Below are positions 35,776 through 45,625 of a stretch of DNA of 64,000 nucleotides, piece by piece. The position numbers and the translations under genes were made by a program. The notes beneath the pieces were generated by a model. It was not told where the DNA came from. It saw only the letters and a program-made list of their open reading frames with translations, and made no database searches. The stretch spans positions 4,109 to 68,108 of the forward strand of contig CAZBPN010000004.1 in assembly GCA_964493735.1 (NCBI GenBank), given 5' to 3'. The DNA comes from an uncultured Rickettsiales bacterium. Its GTDB lineage: Bacteria > Myxococcota_A > UBA796 > UBA9615 > CAYRNR01. Numbering within the stretch: the stretch's first letter is position 1; every line of letters begins with the position of its first letter.

Positions 35776-37198
35776 GGTCGACCCCTCGCGCTCGGTACAG
35801 ATCATACTTGCGCAGCATGGTCATCAGGTAGGTGCGCGAGATGGCGGCGATCCGCGCGGCCCGGGAGAGGTTGCCCTCGGCACGCTCGAGCAGGCGGGCG
35901 AAGTAGGCGCTCTCGTGCTCGGCCAGGATCGCGGCCTTGAACTCCTTGAACGTCAGGTCCAGCTGGCCCGGTCCGATGGGCTCGGTCCGCGGCCCGGTCG
36001 GATCGGCTGGCGCGGTCGGCGCCTCGTCGGCGACCCAGCTGGTCAGCAGGATGTCCTCGGGGCCGAGCAGGGGGCCGTCCGAGAGGGCCACGGCCCGCGA
36101 GATGACGTTGTCCAGCTCGCGAACGTTGCCCGGCCAGGGGTGGTCGAGGAGTTCCCGCAGCGCCTCCTCGCCGATGCCGTGCAGGAAGGGCGCCGTCGAC
36201 GGGCCCCGCCCGGCGGCCTCGGCGTGGCGGGTCAGGAAGGACTGGGCCAGCAGGGGTAGATCCTCGCGGCGCTCCCGCAGGGGAGGCAACGTCAGCTCGA
36301 GTCCGGCGATCCGGTAGTACAGGTCCTGACGGAAGCGGCCGTCGGCCACGTCCTGGGCCAGGGTGCGGTGGGTGGCGGCGATCAAGCGCACGTCCACGTC
36401 CACCTCCTGTTGCGCCCCCACCGGCCGGACCCGCCGGGACTCCAGAACCTGCAGCAGCTTGGGCTGCAGGTTCAGCGGCATCTCCCCGATCTCGTCGAGC
36501 AGGACCGTGCCGCCGTCCGCCTGTTCGAAGATCCCGGTCGCGCTGCGGTGGGCGCCGGTGAACGCGCCCCGCACGTGGCCGAACAGGGTGCTCTCCACCA
36601 GGTCGGGGGGCAGGGCGCCGCAGTTGATCGAGACGAAGGGCCGGTCCGCGCGGGCGCTCATCTCGTGGAGAGCCTTCGCGACCGCGGTCTTGCCCGTGCC
36701 GGTCTCGCCCAGCAGCACCACCGCCAGGTTGAGGGGGGCGACCCGGGCCATCATGTCGAACACCCGTTGCATGGCCGGGGCGGTCCCGATCAGCTGGCCG
36801 GTGGGATCGAAGGGCGAGCGCTCCAGGACCCGACGCCCGTCCTTGCCCTGCAGCCGCAGCTCGGTGTCACCCACGCGCAGGGTCATGTCGGGGGCCAGGT
36901 AGGCCTCGACGATACGCGCGTCGCCGCAGAACGAGCCGTTGGTGCTGTCCAGGTCGCGGATCCGGATCTCGTCGTCGCCCAGCAGGATCTCGCAGTGCTG
37001 GCCGCTCACCCGGGGGTCGGAGAGGACCAGGTCACACCAGGGATCCCGGCCAATCAGGGTCCGCTCGCCCAGGGGGTCCAGGCGCAGCTCGGTGTCGGGG
37101 CCCGCCGTCACCACCAGGGCACAGCGCCGGACCTTCAGCCTGGGCAGCCCCAGCATCCGCGGCGGGATGGTGGTCTTGATCGAGGGATCGTCTCCCAT
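35768..37198 (-). CDS. sigma-54-dependent transcriptional activator with an N-terminal FHA domain
   Basis: The order is FHA domain, the sigma-54 AAA+ domain (GETGTGKTAVAKALH, GAFTGA, ESTLFGH) and a C-terminal Fis-type helix-turn-helix. The gene overlaps the histidine kinase start by 8 bp. Confidence 0.85.
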   Translation of the reverse strand: MGDDPSIKTTIPPRMLGLPRLKVRRCALVVTAGPDTELRLDPLGERTLIGRDPWCDLVLSDPRVSGQHCEILLGDDEIRIRDLDSTNGSFCGDARIVEAYLAPDMTLRVGDTELRLQGKDGRRVLERSPFDPTGQLIGTAPAMQRVFDMMARVAPLNLAVVLLGETGTGKTAVAKALHEMSARADRPFVSINCGALPPDLVESTLFGHVRGAFTGAHRSATGIFEQADGGTVLLDEIGEMPLNLQPKLLQVLESRRVRPVGAQQEVDVDVRLIAATHRTLAQDVADGRFRQDLYYRIAGLELTLPPLRERREDLPLLAQSFLTRHAEAAGRGPSTAPFLHGIGEEALRELLDHPWPGNVRELDNVISRAVALSDGPLLGPEDILLTSWVADEAPTAPADPTGPRTEPIGPGQLDLTFKEFKAAILAEHESAYFARLLERAEGNLSRAARIAAISRTYLMTMLRKYDLYRARGVDHE

Positions 37199-37380
37199 CC
37201 GCTCTCCCCGTCGAAATCCCCGCTGGAGACGACCTTAGAGGACCGCCGCGGCTGTGCCAAGGGGGACGGATACGTCGATCCCGTGAAACGATCCGGGCCG
37301 CTGGTGGCTCTATCCCTGTGAGCCACGGCGAACGTGAGCCCGGTACCGACGCCCCAGGGCGACGATTGAAGGAGAGACCC

Positions 37381-37764
37381 ATGTCCACCCTGACGATGAC
37401 CAAGGACAACTTCGAGACGACCATCGAGAACAACGACCTGGTGCTGATCGACTTCTGGGCGGGGTGGTGCGGCCCCTGCAAGATGTTCGGACCGATCTTC
37501 GAGAAGAGCGCCGACAAGCACGATGACGCGGTGTTCGCCAAGGTCGACACCGAGGACCAGCAGGAGCTGGCGGGCCAGTTCGGCATCCGCTCGATCCCCT
37601 CGCTGGCCATCTTCCGCGAGCAGGTCCTGGTGTTCCTCCAGGCCGGCGCCCTGCCGGAGACCGCCCTCGACGAGATCGTGGGCAAGGTCAAGGACCTGGA
37701 CATGGATGAGGTCCGCGCCAAGATCGCCGAGGAGGAGGCCAAGCGGGCCACCGCCGAGGCCTGA
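37381..37764 (+). CDS. trxA: thioredoxin
   Basis: Active-site motif WAGWCGPCK with an AAGGAGAG ribosome-binding site. The upstream part of the 148-aa track ORF is an extension. Confidence 0.85.
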   Translation: MSTLTMTKDNFETTIENNDLVLIDFWAGWCGPCKMFGPIFEKSADKHDDAVFAKVDTEDQQELAGQFGIRSIPSLAIFREQVLVFLQAGALPETALDEIVGKVKDLDMDEVRAKIAEEEAKRATAEA

Positions 37765-37873
37765 GCGCGCCCTCAAGTTTTCCCGACACCAACCGATAAA
37801 CTCCCTGGTGGTCGTGTCGGCCGCCCGTACCGGGGGGTGCGCGGGGACGCACGGCGGCGATGCGAGCGCGCGC

Positions 37874-38182
37874 ATGCACGATCCCCTTGCCCCCCGTCGC
37901 TCCACCTTCCGCAACCTGCTGATCTCGATGATCGCCTTCGGGGCGGTGGTGGGGGTGATCTTGTCGCCCTTCGCCCACGTCGTGCTGGGGTCGGACAAGG
38001 CGCTGGAGCCGCCGTTCTGGGCGATGTGCATCGGCGCCGGCCTGCTGGTCGGCGGTGTGAACTACCTGCTGTTCCATGTGGTGGTGTCCCGCAACATCCG
38101 GCGGCTGGCGAGGCCCTCCACGAGGCCAAGCGACAGGGCCGCCCCCGCGTCTGCTCCGCCGGCCGCGGCGAGCTGGAGTTGA
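37874..38182 (+). CDS. small two-transmembrane membrane protein; possibly a remnant of a sensor N-terminus
   Basis: The sequence MHDPLAPRRSTFRNLLISMIAFGAVVGVILSP...FWAMCIGAGLLVGGVNYLLFHVVVSRNIRRLA ends abruptly. The call is weak. Confidence 0.3.
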   Translation: MHDPLAPRRSTFRNLLISMIAFGAVVGVILSPFAHVVLGSDKALEPPFWAMCIGAGLLVGGVNYLLFHVVVSRNIRRLARPSTRPSDRAAPASAPPAAASWS

Positions 38183-38371
38183 TCGAGGACACCGGCGAGA
38201 CGCCGGCCCGCCCGCGCACCACCCTGACCATCGAGCGCTCCCTGGCCTGATCCCCCTCCCGGGCCGTCTCGGGTAATGTCCCGGTAATCGGGTCTCCGCG
38301 GAATTCGTGGCACCATGGGCCTCGTACCGTCGACGGATTCATCCAACCCGATGCTCAGAGAGGACTGTCAC

Positions 38372-38862
38372 ATGCGTGCGATCGAACGTTCTCGGCTCTC
38401 CTGGATCCTGATCCCCGCGGCCCTCGGGCTGCTCTCCCTGGGGCTGATCCTCGGAGTCGGTTGCCCGACGGTGACCGATGACGACGACACCGCGGGCGAT
38501 GACGACGACGACGGTAGCGGGGACGAGTGCGGGGGTGGCGACTGCGTCTGCGCGGGCCAGAACTGCGTGTGCGTGGATGACGAGGAGTGCGACATCACCT
38601 GCGAGACCGGGGGCGGCAACTGCGCGGTCGAGTGCGGCCCAGGCTCCCTCTGCGACGTGGACTGCGACGGCTCGGCCAGCTGCGCGGTGGAGTGCATGAA
38701 CGCGGACGACTGCGAGGTCGACTGCTCCACCTCCGACAGCTGCGCGGTGACCTGCCCGACGTCCAACTGCGTGGTCCACAACTGCGACTTCGGGCTGGGG
38801 TGTGCGGTGACCTGCGGCGCCGGTGGGATCCCGGTCCAGCAGGGCGACGACTGGGTCTGTCT

Positions 38863-38866
<4 letters not shown>
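38372..38866 (+). CDS. Cys-rich secreted lipoprotein with an acidic linker
   Basis: An AGAGAGGA ribosome-binding site, lipobox GVGC and a [13 protein letters not shown] linker are present. About 30 Cys lie in CxC / CxxxC repeats ([31 protein letters not shown]...). Confidence 0.6.
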
Positions 38867-40137
<1,271 letters not shown>

Positions 40138-40146
40138 CGTTTGCTC

Positions 40147-41124
40147 CTATCGGCGTGCCAGGACGCGGGCGGCGTCCCGGGCGAAGTAGGTCAGGATCAT
40201 CTTGGCGCCGGCGCGGCGGATGGACAGCAGCAGCTCCATCATCACCGCGTCGCCGTCGATCCAGCCCCGCTGGGCGGCGGCGTGGACCATGGCGAACTCG
40301 CCGCTGACGTTGTACGCCGCCAGCGGCACATCGAACCGGTCGCGGGCGGCCCGCAGGATGTCCAGGTAGGGCAGCGCGGGCTTGACCATCACGATGTCCG
40401 CGCCCTCCTCGATGTCCAGGGCGATCTCCCGCAGGGCCTCGTCCGCGTTGGCCGGATCCATCTGGTAGGCCTTGCGATCGCCGAAGGCCGGGGCGCTGTC
40501 GGCGGCCTCGCGGAACGGGCCGTAGAACGCCGACGAGTACTTGGCGGCGTAGGCCATGATCGCGACCTGGTCGAAGCCCGCCCCGTCCAGCCCCGCGCGG
40601 ATGGCCGCCACCCGGCCGTCCATCATGTCCGAGGGGGCCACCATGTCGGCGCCGGCCCGCGCGTGGGAGACGGCCGCCCGGGTCAGCAGCTCCAGGGTCG
40701 GGTCGTTGAGCAGGTCGTGGCCGTCGAGGACGCCACAGTGGCCGTGGCTGGTGTACTCACACATGCACACGTCGGTGAGGACCATCAGGTCGGGGAGGGC
40801 CTCCTTGATCGCCGAGACCGCCCGCTGCACCGGGGCGTCCATCGACCAGGCCTCGGAGCCCTCGGGGTCCTTGGTCTCCGGCAGGCCGAAGAGGATCACG
40901 GCCGGGATGCCCAGCTCCGCCACCTCGCGGGCCTCCTCGACCACCCGGTCCACCGACAGGTGGAAATTGCCGGGCATCGACGAGATCTCCGTGCGCACCC
41001 CCTCGCCCGGGCAGACGAACAGGGGCAGGACCAGGTCGTCGACCGAGAGCCGGGTCTCGGTCACCATCCGTCGCAGGGTCGGGTGACGCCGCAGGCGCCT
41101 CATTCGCCGGGTGGGAAAGCCCAT
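40147..41124 (-). CDS. hemB: porphobilinogen synthase (delta-aminolevulinic acid dehydratase)
   Basis: [13 protein letters not shown] is the typical HemB N-terminus, and the active-site Lys region is [10 protein letters not shown]. Confidence 0.9.
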   Translation of the reverse strand: MGFPTRRMRRLRRHPTLRRMVTETRLSVDDLVLPLFVCPGEGVRTEISSMPGNFHLSVDRVVEEAREVAELGIPAVILFGLPETKDPEGSEAWSMDAPVQRAVSAIKEALPDLMVLTDVCMCEYTSHGHCGVLDGHDLLNDPTLELLTRAAVSHARAGADMVAPSDMMDGRVAAIRAGLDGAGFDQVAIMAYAAKYSSAFYGPFREAADSAPAFGDRKAYQMDPANADEALREIALDIEEGADIVMVKPALPYLDILRAARDRFDVPLAAYNVSGEFAMVHAAAQRGWIDGDAVMMELLLSIRRAGAKMILTYFARDAARVLARR

Positions 41125-41125
41125 C

Positions 41126-42070
41126 TCACTCCTCCTCAGGGGTCGCCAGGTCCAGCGACCGCAGGATCTCGTCCCCCCCGGCGGCCAGCAGCCGTTCGGC
41201 CAGCTGCAGGCCGATCGCCTCGGCGTCCTCCGCAGCCCCCCGCTCCTGGTCGCGCAGCAGGGGGGCGCCGTCCAGCGCAGCGATCACGCCGTCGAGCAGC
41301 AACTCCCCGTCGACCCAGCGCCCGTGGACCGCCACCGGCACGTGGCACCCGGCCTCGAGCCGCGCCAGGAAGGCGCGCTCCGCGGCGGTGGCGCGCTCGG
41401 TGGCAGGATGGGTCAGCGGGGCCACCCGCGCCAGGGTCTCGCCGTCGTCGGCGCGAACCTGGATCCCCAGGGCCGCCTGCCCGCCGGCGGGCACGAAACG
41501 CTCCACGTCCAGCAGCTCCACGGCCCGGTCGAGCCAGCCCATCCGGGAGAGGCCCGCGGCCGCCACCAGGGTCGCGTCCAGCTCCGGGAGCTCGCGGACC
41601 TTGCGCAGCCGCGTGTCCAGGTTGCCCCGGATCGGGGCCAGCTGCAGGTCGGGGCGGAGCGCCCCCCCCACGGCGCGGCGGCGAAGGGCGCCCGGGGCCA
41701 GGCTCGCCCCCTCCGGCAGCTCGTCCAGACGGTGGCCGGCGGGGCAGATCAACGCGTCCCGCGGGTCCTCCCGCTCGGGGACCGCGGCCAGCACCAGCCC
41801 CTCTCGCATCAGCGCCGGCAGGTCCTTGAGGCTGTGGACGGCCACGTCCACCTCGTCCTCCAGCAGCGCCCGCTCGATCTCGCGGGTGAACAACCCGGCG
41901 CCGCCCACCTGGTGCAGGGGCCGGTCCTGGACCCTGTCGCCGACCGTGGAGATCACCTGGATACGGACCTCCACGTCCGGGTGCAGGCTGGCCAGCGTCT
42001 CGCGGGTCCAGGTCGCCTGGGCCATCGCCAGGGCGCTGCCGCGGGTCCCGATCCGGATCGGCCTGCTCAT
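41126..42070 (-). CDS. hemC: hydroxymethylbilane synthase (porphobilinogen deaminase)
   Basis: The ATG at 42070 has a GAGGAGGG ribosome-binding site and begins [15 protein letters not shown]. It overlaps the hemA stop codon as ATGA. The 408-aa track ORF is over-extended. Confidence 0.85.
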   Translation of the reverse strand: MSRPIRIGTRGSALAMAQATWTRETLASLHPDVEVRIQVISTVGDRVQDRPLHQVGGAGLFTREIERALLEDEVDVAVHSLKDLPALMREGLVLAAVPEREDPRDALICPAGHRLDELPEGASLAPGALRRRAVGGALRPDLQLAPIRGNLDTRLRKVRELPELDATLVAAAGLSRMGWLDRAVELLDVERFVPAGGQAALGIQVRADDGETLARVAPLTHPATERATAAERAFLARLEAGCHVPVAVHGRWVDGELLLDGVIAALDGAPLLRDQERGAAEDAEAIGLQLAERLLAAGGDEILRSLDLATPEEE

Positions 42071-43332
42071 CGTCCGCCCTCCTCGTCCAGCCCCAGCAGC
42101 AGCCGCAGCGCCTTGACCATCGAGCCCCCCTCCGGCTTGCTGGCGGACTGCTTCATCTGCACGGTCGGGTGGTGCAGCAGCTTGTTGACCATGCCCCGGG
42201 TCATCCCGTCGACCCGCTTGAAGTCCTCGTCCGAGAGCTTGCCTCGAAGCTTCTCGATCTCCGCCTGCCGCACCCCCTCGAACTGCTCGCGCATCTGCAC
42301 GATGGTCGGGGTGACCCCCTGGCGCCGGTGCCACTCCAGGAACTTGTCGCACTCGCCGGCCACGATCGCCCGGGCGCGATGGACCTCTCCCCGGCGCCGC
42401 TCCACCACCTCCTTGACCACCTCCTGGAGGGCGTCGATGTCGTAGAGGAAGACGTCCTCGATGCGGTCGACGTCCGGGTCGACATCCCGTGGCACGGCGA
42501 TGTCGATGATGAACAGCGGGGTCTTGCGGCGGGCGACCGCCCGGCGGATCAGCGGCGCCGTGATGACCGGCTCGGTCGCCCCGGTGGAGGTGACCAGCAC
42601 GTCCGTGTCGTTCAACGCCTCGTCGAGCTGCTCCCAGGGCACCGGGGTGCCGCCCAACTCCTCGGCCACGGCCTCGGCGCGTTCGTAGGTGCGGTTGGTG
42701 ATCAGCAGCTGGCGGATGCCCCGGTCCAGCGCGTGGCGCGCGACCAGCTCGCCCGTCTCGCCGGCGCCCACCATCAGCAGGGTCCGCTCGTCCAGGTCGG
42801 CGAAGATCTTCTCGGCCAGGTCGCAGGCCACCGCCGCCACCGACATGCGGCCCTCGCCCACTCCGGTCTGGGTCCGGACCTGCTTGCCGACCCGCAGGGC
42901 CCGGTGGAGCAGCTTGTTGACCAGCGGGCCGTTGGTCCGGCAGGTGACCGCGTGGGAGTAGGCGTCCCGCACCTGGCCCAGGATCTGGTTCTCGCCGATC
43001 ACCATCGAGTCCAGGCCGCCGGCCACCATGAACAGGTGCTCGACCACGTCCCGGTCCGAGCGGCGGTAGACGTGGCCGTCCAGGTCCTCGCGGGGCAGGG
43101 TCGTGCCGCTGGCCAGCAGATCCGCCAGCTCGTCGTGGTGGCCGTCGTCGTCGCTGTAGACCGCGTAGACCTCGGTGCGGTTGCAGGTGGACAGGACCAT
43201 CGCCTCGACCACGGTGGACGTCTCGCGCAGGCTGTTGAGCGTGCGGACGATCCCCGGCTGGTCCAGCGCCACCTGCTCGCGGAACTCCACCGGAGCGGTC
43301 TGGTGGCTCAGTCCGACCATCCTCAGGCGCAC
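42067..43332 (-). CDS. hemA: glutamyl-tRNA reductase
   Basis: Motifs VVGLSHQTAPVEFRE and CNRTEVY and the NADP-binding block are present. The start is either the GTG at 43332 or the ATG at 43320. Confidence 0.85.
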   Translation of the reverse strand: MRLRMVGLSHQTAPVEFREQVALDQPGIVRTLNSLRETSTVVEAMVLSTCNRTEVYAVYSDDDGHHDELADLLASGTTLPREDLDGHVYRRSDRDVVEHLFMVAGGLDSMVIGENQILGQVRDAYSHAVTCRTNGPLVNKLLHRALRVGKQVRTQTGVGEGRMSVAAVACDLAEKIFADLDERTLLMVGAGETGELVARHALDRGIRQLLITNRTYERAEAVAEELGGTPVPWEQLDEALNDTDVLVTSTGATEPVITAPLIRRAVARRKTPLFIIDIAVPRDVDPDVDRIEDVFLYDIDALQEVVKEVVERRRGEVHRARAIVAGECDKFLEWHRRQGVTPTIVQMREQFEGVRQAEIEKLRGKLSDEDFKRVDGMTRGMVNKLLHHPTVQMKQSASKPEGGSMVKALRLLLGLDEEGGR

Positions 43333-43336
43333 GGGA

Positions 43337-44158
43337 TCACCAGCTGTGCCGCGACTCGACGATCAGGTCGAGCAGGGAGAAGGTGAAGGTCAGCGCGCCG
43401 AAGCAGACCAGCAGCCACAGGGAGCGGACCCGTCGCGAGACGGTGGGCAGCCAGCGGGACGCCACCCCCAGACCGTACATGGCCCAGACCACGAGGATGG
43501 CGAGCAGCTTGGGATCCGCCGGGACCAGGGTTCCCCACTCGTGGGCGGCCCACATGGCCCCGGTCACCACCCCCAGAGACAGCAGCGCGAAGCCCATCAG
43601 GGTCGCGTGGAAGCTCATGGTGTCCAGCACCCTCAGGGAGGGAAGGCGTCGGTAGATCCGGCCGATCTTCCGGCGTTTGATCTGCCGGCGCAGGACCAGC
43701 ATCAGCAGCGAGAACACCGCGCCGATCGCCAGCCCCGCGTAGCCCAGGACGGCGGGCAGGGCGTGGATCGGCAGCCGGGCCGTCAGCAGGGTCTGGGGCA
43801 CCTCGGTCAGCTCGCCGGTGAGGAAGGTGGACAGCACCTGGAACAGCAGCGCCGGCGCGATCAGGAAGACGCCCATGACCCGGTTGTTCGAGCGCCACTC
43901 GATCACCAGGTAGACGGCCAGGATCGCGGCGGCGGTCATGGTCATCGCGTGCCCGGGCGAGATCAGCGGGATCCAGCCGTGGTGGGCTCCCATCAACGCC
44001 AGGAAGACGCCGTGGGCGCCCAGGGCGGTCAGCAGTGCCAGCCGGCACAGCTGGCGCAGGGGGCGGGCCCGGGTCACGTAGTAGCGCAGGTAGACCGCGC
44101 CCGCGCCCAGATAGAGCAGGGGGAGCAGGAGCTGGAAGACCGTGATCAGAACTCGCAC
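43337..44158 (-). CDS. CcsA-like cytochrome c assembly membrane protein of the HemX type
   Basis: A polytopic membrane protein with a WAxxxWG-like tryptophan-rich segment (AMWAAHEWG). Its position immediately upstream of hemA matches the hemAX arrangement. Confidence 0.65.
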   Translation of the reverse strand: MRVLITVFQLLLPLLYLGAGAVYLRYYVTRARPLRQLCRLALLTALGAHGVFLALMGAHHGWIPLISPGHAMTMTAAAILAVYLVIEWRSNNRVMGVFLIAPALLFQVLSTFLTGELTEVPQTLLTARLPIHALPAVLGYAGLAIGAVFSLLMLVLRRQIKRRKIGRIYRRLPSLRVLDTMSFHATLMGFALLSLGVVTGAMWAAHEWGTLVPADPKLLAILVVWAMYGLGVASRWLPTVSRRVRSLWLLVCFGALTFTFSLLDLIVESRHSW

Positions 44159-44183
44159 GGGGGCAGATTAGGGCCTTTCGCGA

Positions 44184-44390
44184 TCAACCGCCACCGACCT
44201 GGACGACCGCGCTGACCTCGTCGTCGTCGTGGAGCTCGTGGAGGTCGTAGCGGGAGCGCCGGATCACCCGCCCGTTGACCACCACCGAGAACAGCGGCGC
44301 GCTCAACTCCAGGAGACGGAGCAGATCCCCGATCGTGGAGCCCTCGGGTAGCTCCAGATCTTCGCCGTCGAAGCGCACGCGGATCGCCAT
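44184..44390 (-). CDS. ThiS/MoaD-family ubiquitin-like small protein ending in Gly-Gly
   Basis: 68 aa with a beta-grasp-like sequence, ending VQVGGG and then stop. Confidence 0.5.
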   Translation of the reverse strand: MAIRVRFDGEDLELPEGSTIGDLLRLLELSAPLFSVVVNGRVIRRSRYDLHELHDDDEVSAVVQVGGG

Positions 44391-44515
44391 TCCGATCGCC
44401 GTTTCTCCCCCCGTCGGAGCATTCCCCACGCCGGGTCGAGATGCAATGTTCGCGTGCTATCCTGTGTTCTGTCCTCGGCAGGAGGGGTGCCGTGGGCCGT
44501 CGATTGGGAGCGATC

Positions 44516-45463
44516 ATGGGTCAATATCAATCCGTTGTCACAGCTGTGTTCGTCGACTTCGACAACCTCCGTCTGGGGGTCCCCGACCCCTACCCCAAGA
44601 CCGACAGCGCCATCGAGATCCTGCGCCAGATGCAGCGGCGGTTCGAGCGGGAGGGTCAGCAGATCCTGATCCGCCGGGCGTACGCAGACTGGGAGGCGGA
44701 GGGGCTCGAGGGGGTGCAGGGCCAGCTGTCGCTGATGAGCTACCTGCCGGTGTTCGTCCTGGGGCAGCCGGGCAAGAACAGCGCCGACCTGGAGATGAGC
44801 CTGGACGCCATGGACATCCTGCTGAGCCGGGGGGACGTGGAGCGGTTCGTGCTGGTGGCCGGCGATCGGGACTTCATCCCCATCGTCCGGCGCATCATCG
44901 AGTCGGGCAAGCAGGTCAAGATCGCGTCGTTCCGCGGGTCGACCAGCGCGGACCTGGTGGAGATCGCCGGGCGGCGGAACTTCATCGACGTGTCGCGGTT
45001 CATGGACGATCCGCGCCGGCGGGAACAGCACGGCCAGAGCGCCACGGCGTCGATGACCGCCACGCGGACCATCGAGGAGGCCCTCGCCGAGCCGGACGAG
45101 GAGCCCTACGAACCCACCGACGAGGACCTGGACCGGGCGATGCAGCTCGTGGTCCAGGCGGACCGCAAGTACCGGGGCCGCGGGATCTGGCTGGTGCCCT
45201 TCTTCAAGGAGTGGATGAACCCCGAGTTCGCCGGGATGAACAACGAGAGCCGCAAGGCCATCCTGTCCACCCTGTCCAACGACAACGCCGTGGTGATCGA
45301 CACGCGCGAGGATGGGCTGGGCCGCTCCAACTCCTACTCCGTGCTGGTCCCCGACCGGGAGCACGACCGCTACAAGAAGGCCGAGGCGTCCCTGGACGCC
45401 GAGCCGGCGGCGGAGGCCGCGACCGAGCTCGCCGCGCCGGTGGTGGCGGTGCCGGAGGAGTAG
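44516..45463 (+). CDS. NYN-domain (LabA/DUF88) protein with a C-terminal OST-HTH/LOTUS-like domain
   Basis: NYN motifs are VFVDFDN and LVAGDRDFIPIVRRI. A GGGAG ribosome-binding site precedes the ATG at 44516. Confidence 0.7.
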   Translation: MGQYQSVVTAVFVDFDNLRLGVPDPYPKTDSAIEILRQMQRRFEREGQQILIRRAYADWEAEGLEGVQGQLSLMSYLPVFVLGQPGKNSADLEMSLDAMDILLSRGDVERFVLVAGDRDFIPIVRRIIESGKQVKIASFRGSTSADLVEIAGRRNFIDVSRFMDDPRRREQHGQSATASMTATRTIEEALAEPDEEPYEPTDEDLDRAMQLVVQADRKYRGRGIWLVPFFKEWMNPEFAGMNNESRKAILSTLSNDNAVVIDTREDGLGRSNSYSVLVPDREHDRYKKAEASLDAEPAAEAATELAAPVVAVPEE

Positions 45464-45467
45464 AGAT

Positions 45468-45505
<38 letters not shown>

Positions 45506-45509
45506 AAGA

Positions 45510-45527
45510 GGACCACGGGCAGCAAGC
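45510..45527. terminator. hairpin (gggcag-caag-ctgccc) between the convergent NYN-domain gene and the MopE-repeat gene
   Basis: A perfect 6-7 bp stem. It could act as a bidirectional terminator, but there is no clear U-tract. Confidence 0.3.
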
Positions 45528-45625
45528 TGCCCGTGCCACCCAAGCTGCGGGGCGATTCGACGCCGGGTGGCACGGCGAGCTCGCTCGCCGTGGTTCCCGG
45601 AACCGAGACCGAGTCCGAGGCGGGG

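Noticed and set aside
44184-44429. 81-aa version of the ThiS-like ORF
   Set aside because: Its first codon is a GTG (ccac on the plus strand). The internal ATG at 44390 gives a canonical ThiS-sized protein of about 68 aa, so the shorter call is preferred.
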